A stretch of 64,000 bases of DNA from a candidate division WOR-3 bacterium (GTDB lineage Bacteria; Hydrothermota; Hydrothermia; B15-G9; WFZT01). Shown here one piece after another: positions 59,734-64,000 of this stretch (its first letter is position 1; each line of letters starts with the position of its first letter). Both the position numbers and the translations under genes were made by a program. Under the pieces are notes generated by a model, which saw only the letters and a list, made by a program, of their open reading frames with translations, did no database searches and had not been told where the DNA came from. The stretch is from NCBI GenBank assembly GCA_027053075.1, contig JALUEE010000047.1:84082-148081 (forward strand), read 5' to 3'.

Positions 59734-61148
59734 TGAAAGAGCTCATTCGAAAAATTTCAAATTATTTGATTTTGAGAAGGAATTCCCCCCACCTAACTCC
59801 TCCCCCCACGCACTTCGTGCGTGGGGGGAGGATGGAAGGAGGGGGGCTACATCCGCAAATAGGCGCGAAAAAATTATTGCTCCCTATAGTTATAACCCTT
59901 CTACTCGCCTCGTGTTCAAAGAAGCCCAGAGAGGAGATTGTGCCAAATATCCCACCTGAAACTTATATCTACGTGGAAGGAAGAGTGGATACCGTACCTG
60001 CACGAGTCATTCTTCACTGGTATGGAAATGATCCTGATGGTTATGTGGTGGGGTATTATTACAACTGGGATAACGACTCAGATACCGTTTTCACAACTGC
60101 AAACTACGATACATTTTCCCTCTCATCTGCAGGTTCAGTGCAGGTTCACGTTTTCAAAATATGGGCGGAGGATAACGAAGGAGCAATTGATCCCACTCCG
60201 GCAAGCGTAACAATACCCGTAATAAATTCACCACCCACAATTCAATTCCAAAGGGGCACATTGCCTCCTGATACCACCTTACCTGTTGCAACTTATTACC
60301 TCGAATGGCACGATATTGATGGAGATTCAACAGTCATTGGTTACTACTGGCAGCTAAATTCTGACACTCCACACTTTGTCCCATCCGATTCTACTTTCGT
60401 CACATTGACAAATTTGCCTCCTGGTTCTGACACGGTCTATTTCTGGGCAGTTGATGAAAATTCCGCTGTTTCTGATACCATAGCTGACACAATCTACATT
60501 AAGCCTGTTACAGGTGATATTTTATTAGTGGACGATGACCCTGATAACACTGCAGATAGTTTCTATTCACAAATGCTGACCAATCTGGGATACCAGTACA
60601 CACTCTGGAAAATAGATAGAGGGCTCCCCTACTCCCCCATAGACCAGAGATACATTATCAATAGCCTTGGGTTTGACCTCATCTTATGGTACACCGGGGA
60701 GACAAGTTCCCATGTAAAGGATGTGTATGGTTATCTAACCGAGTATCTGGACAATGGTCATAAACTGTTCCTCACCGGGGCCGGCATTTTTACTGACCTT
60801 GATTCCACAAACCTCGTTCAAAATTACATGCACGTGGATTCTCTCTTTGGAGACAAGACCATATTGCCCAATCAGCCAGTTTTCCGCGTATATCCAGATA
60901 CACTCTATCCGGATACTCTCCATACATTGACGATTATTCCTCGTGTAGATGGATTTACCGTCAATCCACCTGCGGTAATCGTTTATAAAGCGCCGGTCCT
61001 TGGAAGAAACGAACCAATTGGAATGATGCTAAAAACACCCGAAACAAATCCGAATATCATTGTATTTGGCCTGAAGGTTCACAAACTGGGAGGAAACCTT
61101 CAGGGACTATTTAGGCATATCTTAAGTGACGAGTTTGGTATGAAATAA
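59730..61148 (+). CDS. Lipoprotein with Ig/Fn3-like domains; N-terminus carries an in-frame repeat insertion
   Basis: Lipobox LASC; PPETY, DPDG, DPTPA and ILLVDDD motifs; ATGA overlap with upstream stop. Confidence 0.75.
   Translation: MMKELIRKISNYLILRRNSPHLTPPPTHFVRGGRMEGGGLHPQIGAKKLLLPIVITLLLASCSKKPREEIVPNIPPETYIYVEGRVDTVPARVILHWYGNDPDGYVVGYYYNWDNDSDTVFTTANYDTFSLSSAGSVQVHVFKIWAEDNEGAIDPTPASVTIPVINSPPTIQFQRGTLPPDTTLPVATYYLEWHDIDGDSTVIGYYWQLNSDTPHFVPSDSTFVTLTNLPPGSDTVYFWAVDENSAVSDTIADTIYIKPVTGDILLVDDDPDNTADSFYSQMLTNLGYQYTLWKIDRGLPYSPIDQRYIINSLGFDLILWYTGETSSHVKDVYGYLTEYLDNGHKLFLTGAGIFTDLDSTNLVQNYMHVDSLFGDKTILPNQPVFRVYPDTLYPDTLHTLTIIPRVDGFTVNPPAVIVYKAPVLGRNEPIGMMLKTPETNPNIIVFGLKVHKLGGNLQGLFRHILSDEFGMK
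59739..59866. mobile_element. MITE-like copy inside a coding sequence
   Basis: Starts GAGCTCATTCGAAAAATTTCAA (resembles reverse complement of 86-107); 35-nt hairpin at 59798-59832 identical to 11-45. Confidence 0.8.
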
Positions 61149-61167
61149 AAAATGGAGGTGAATCCTT

Positions 61168-63003
61168 ATGAAAAAGTTGCTGGTAGCTGCTATGTTTGTT
61201 GCCCTTGTAGGTGTTTCAAGGGCGCAAATACAAACAACTATCTATCATCTGCAGTTTGACAGGGATTCAACTGGAGCAAGTACCTGGGTAGACTCAGGAG
61301 AAGTCACAGTCTCCGGAATCGTAACCGCTGGCTACGGTGTAACTGGTTCAAGGAACTTCTTCCTTGAGATGTCTCAGGGAGGTCCGTGGAGCGGCATTAT
61401 GGTATACATACCGTCATCTGCCGGTACCTTCCCTGTAAATGTTGGCGATTCCTTGACAGTAACAGGGACTGTAAGCGAGTACTACGGTAATACAGAGTTA
61501 ATGGTCAGTGACACTAACAACATCGTCAGAAATGGAACCGCCAATTTACCACCAGTTGCAATTATCTCAACTGCCCATCTTGATACAACTTCAACATCTT
61601 CATACGGACCTGATTCAGCAGAGGCATATGAAGGAGTTCTCGTTAGAGTCGAGAATGCCTTTGTTGTTGACACAACAGCTCCTCATGGTGGTTTCCAGAT
61701 CACAGACGGAGATGGCTACGCAATAGTCTACAACTCTTACACTTACACACCGCATGTTGGAGATCCATTAAACGTCACCGGAATCGTCCACACCCATTAT
61801 GGCTGGTACAAAATTAGACCAAGAAGTGCAGATGACATTGAGGTTCTCTCACAGCACATTTCAGTTGCCTACAGCACATCAAGGACTTCGCTTAATGTGA
61901 AATTCACAAGACCGGTCAATCCTTCTTCAGCCACAAATCCTGCGAATTACATAATCACCCCTTCACTTTCAGTGACTGCTGCCAGCATTGATCCCAATGA
62001 TTCAACGCTTGTACACCTTACAACCGGTACACAGACAGATGGTCAGGCATACACACTCGCCACCCAGAATCTTGGAGTGCCTGATACAGAGGCTGTGACA
62101 TTTTACGGTGGATTCACACCTATTTTTGATATTCAGCACGAGTATGTGGACACCGACACAGTCAATTTTGAGTCAATCTGGGCGGGTCGAGTTGTTACCA
62201 TAACCGGTGTTATAACAGGCGAAAGAGATGCCTTCCCGTATCCGTTTTACTTTGTCCAGCAGGGGACAGGGCCATGGTCAGGCATCCAGATTTTCGATTC
62301 TCACATGAACTACACCACCAACCGTGGTGATTCCGTGATCGTGGTTGGAACGGTTAGTGAATACAACGGAATGACGGAACTCGAGAACATACTTTATTAC
62401 GAGACCGTCTCATCTGGTCATACGGTTACACCTTATCTCGTACACACAGGAGACCTGAATCTCAATGCCGATACTGTTGCAGAGAGTTTTGAGAGTGTAC
62501 TTATCACCACATATACAGCTGCAGTGGTAACCAACGATCCTAATAACTGGCAGATAGACGATGGTACAGGTGTTGCCTATGTGGATAATTCCAATGCTTA
62601 TAACTATGTGCCAACAGTGGGAGATTCAGTTGCAGTGACTGGAAATGTTAGATTCATCAGAGGCAATTTCAATATCAATCCTCGCGACGATAATGACATA
62701 AACGTGGTATATGTAGGAGTCAACGAGCTTCCCAATGCTGGATTAAGATCATTTGAAATCCTGCCTGTGGTCTCGTTCAGAGGCGACTTTACTATCAAGT
62801 TTGCTGTGTCTTCAAGGACAAGAGTGCGTGTAAATCTTTACAATGTTACAGGCCAGAGAATCCTTACTGTGGCAGATAGAAACTTCAATGCTGGACTTCA
62901 CGAGCTCAGAATGAATCTCGGGAATATGACACCCGGTGTTTACTTCTTCAAGGTGGATGCAGGCAAGACGAGGATTTACAGGAAAGTTATAATTTTGAGA
63001 TAA
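61168..63003 (+). CDS. Secreted protein with duplicated OB-fold-like modules, central Ig-like domain and T9SS-type C-terminal domain
   Basis: Internal repeat (VTVSGIVT/VTITGVIT, GPWSGI twice, VSEY.G.TEL twice, PR..DDI-like twice); YNVTGQRI...GVYFFK. Confidence 0.75.
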   Translation: MKKLLVAAMFVALVGVSRAQIQTTIYHLQFDRDSTGASTWVDSGEVTVSGIVTAGYGVTGSRNFFLEMSQGGPWSGIMVYIPSSAGTFPVNVGDSLTVTGTVSEYYGNTELMVSDTNNIVRNGTANLPPVAIISTAHLDTTSTSSYGPDSAEAYEGVLVRVENAFVVDTTAPHGGFQITDGDGYAIVYNSYTYTPHVGDPLNVTGIVHTHYGWYKIRPRSADDIEVLSQHISVAYSTSRTSLNVKFTRPVNPSSATNPANYIITPSLSVTAASIDPNDSTLVHLTTGTQTDGQAYTLATQNLGVPDTEAVTFYGGFTPIFDIQHEYVDTDTVNFESIWAGRVVTITGVITGERDAFPYPFYFVQQGTGPWSGIQIFDSHMNYTTNRGDSVIVVGTVSEYNGMTELENILYYETVSSGHTVTPYLVHTGDLNLNADTVAESFESVLITTYTAAVVTNDPNNWQIDDGTGVAYVDNSNAYNYVPTVGDSVAVTGNVRFIRGNFNINPRDDNDINVVYVGVNELPNAGLRSFEILPVVSFRGDFTIKFAVSSRTRVRVNLYNVTGQRILTVADRNFNAGLHELRMNLGNMTPGVYFFKVDAGKTRIYRKVIILR

Positions 63004-63018
63004 AGGAAAAATGCAGAG

Positions 63019-63056
63019 GGGGGCGGTGCCCTTCGGGCACCGCCCCCTATTTTATT
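63019..63056 (+). terminator. GC-rich hairpin with T-rich tail, probable intrinsic terminator
   Basis: GGGGGCGGTGCCC-TTC-GGGCACCGCCCCC followed by TATTTTATT. Confidence 0.8.
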
Positions 63057-63063
63057 AATTCCC

Positions 63064-63738
63064 ATGCGTGCAATTCTGCAAACAGGTGGAGGAAAAGATA
63101 GCATTCTCGCACTCCACAAAATCAAAGAAGTCCGTCCAGAAGTTGAAGTAATAGGCATGCTTGTAACATTTACATGGGATTATCGCAGGGTGTCTATGCA
63201 TGGAGTGAGAGAAGAGTTGATTGAAAAGCAGGCAGAGGCTGTGGGACTTCCCCTTTTTAAATCTTACATCCCGAAGGATGCATCTAACGAAATTTACATT
63301 AAGAATACCACTGAGTCACTTGAGAGCCTCAAATCGGAAATGAACATAGAGGCTGTCATATTTGGTGATATCTTTTTAGAAGACATCAGAAAATTCAGGG
63401 AAAAACTTCTTGAACCTTTGGACCTTGAGCCGATTTTCCCGCTATGGGGGATTGATACAGGTGAACTTGCGAGGGAGTTTATAGGGCATGGATTTAATGC
63501 AAAAACTGTCGTAGTGGATCTCGAGAAATTGAGTGATGAATTTTTGTGCAGAGACTTTGATGAGGAGTTTTTGCGTGACCTTCCAGATGGTGTTGATCCA
63601 ATGGGAGAAAATGGGGAGTTCCATACCTTTGTTTACGATGGCCCACTATTTAGCCGTAGTATTGAATTTGAGGAGGGTGAAATCAGGGACACTGGAAGAT
63701 TCAAATTCTGTGACCTGGTGCCAATTGAAAGCAGCTAA
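63064..63738 (+). CDS. Dph6-related PP-loop ATP pyrophosphatase
   Basis: GGKDS, MHGV, FGDIFLED, FPLW and GENGEFHTFV motifs. Confidence 0.9.
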   Translation: MRAILQTGGGKDSILALHKIKEVRPEVEVIGMLVTFTWDYRRVSMHGVREELIEKQAEAVGLPLFKSYIPKDASNEIYIKNTTESLESLKSEMNIEAVIFGDIFLEDIRKFREKLLEPLDLEPIFPLWGIDTGELAREFIGHGFNAKTVVVDLEKLSDEFLCRDFDEEFLRDLPDGVDPMGENGEFHTFVYDGPLFSRSIEFEEGEIRDTGRFKFCDLVPIESS

Positions 63739-63947
63739 AATACTTTAGGGAAAGGGGGTACACCAGAAAAAATTTCAATCCATATCCGGTAATCTCCTTA
63801 TTCCACGAAGTGGGTGAGGGCCTCCATCTTGAATTTTTTAAGACTTCAAGCGGAATACCCCCTCCCAGAATCCCTTCTATAATGTTTGTTGTTATTTATG
63901 ATGGTTATCACTAAAAATATAGGGAAAACACTTCGGGAGGAGATGGT

Positions 63948-64000
63948 ATGAGTGGGTGGAGACCGGCCTTGGTCCTGGGGCATGACCCCGAGGGGGAGAT
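63948..64000 (+). CDS. Possible 5' end of a CDS running off the window
   Basis: GGAGG RBS before ATG; open to window end; TATAAT at about 63878. Confidence 0.35.
   Translation, partial: MSGWRPALVLGHDPEGE

Noticed and set aside
1..59866. Hairpin repeats as a CRISPR array
   Set aside because: Copies are dispersed, not regularly spaced with spacers; no cas genes seen

Overview
Gene-dense bacterial chromosomal window with about 48 CDS and one tRNA-Val(CAC). No transposase, integrase, rRNA or CRISPR array was seen. The content (T9SS-type C-terminal sorting domains, gingipain-like C25 protease, Omp28 proteins, long SecA, ThyX, octaheme cytochrome) suggests a diderm anaerobe of the FCB-related/WOR-3 type; this is inference from gene content only. 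Housekeeping genes include def, fmt, yajC, birA, coaX, thyX, secA, tpiA, secG, rplU, prfA and thiL. Main points of interest: (1) a family of ~110-130 bp hairpin MITE-like elements, one with a perfect 10-bp flanking direct repeat, one inserted in frame into a lipoprotein signal peptide, and three directly upstream of -35 boxes; (2) tandem Wzc-type tyrosine kinase genes sharing a 1.48-kb near-identical mosaic block with extreme strand-composition bias; (3) an AT-rich XRE-HTH / ImmA-IrrE peptidase / PIN module with its own promoter and operator-like boxes; (4) an envelope CxxC thiol-redox operon ending in a membrane-anchored flavo-Fe-S reductase; (5) SecA with a Cys-containing insertion resembling an internal duplication; (6) several apparently leaderless genes. 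All family assignments come from motif recognition by eye, not database searches.
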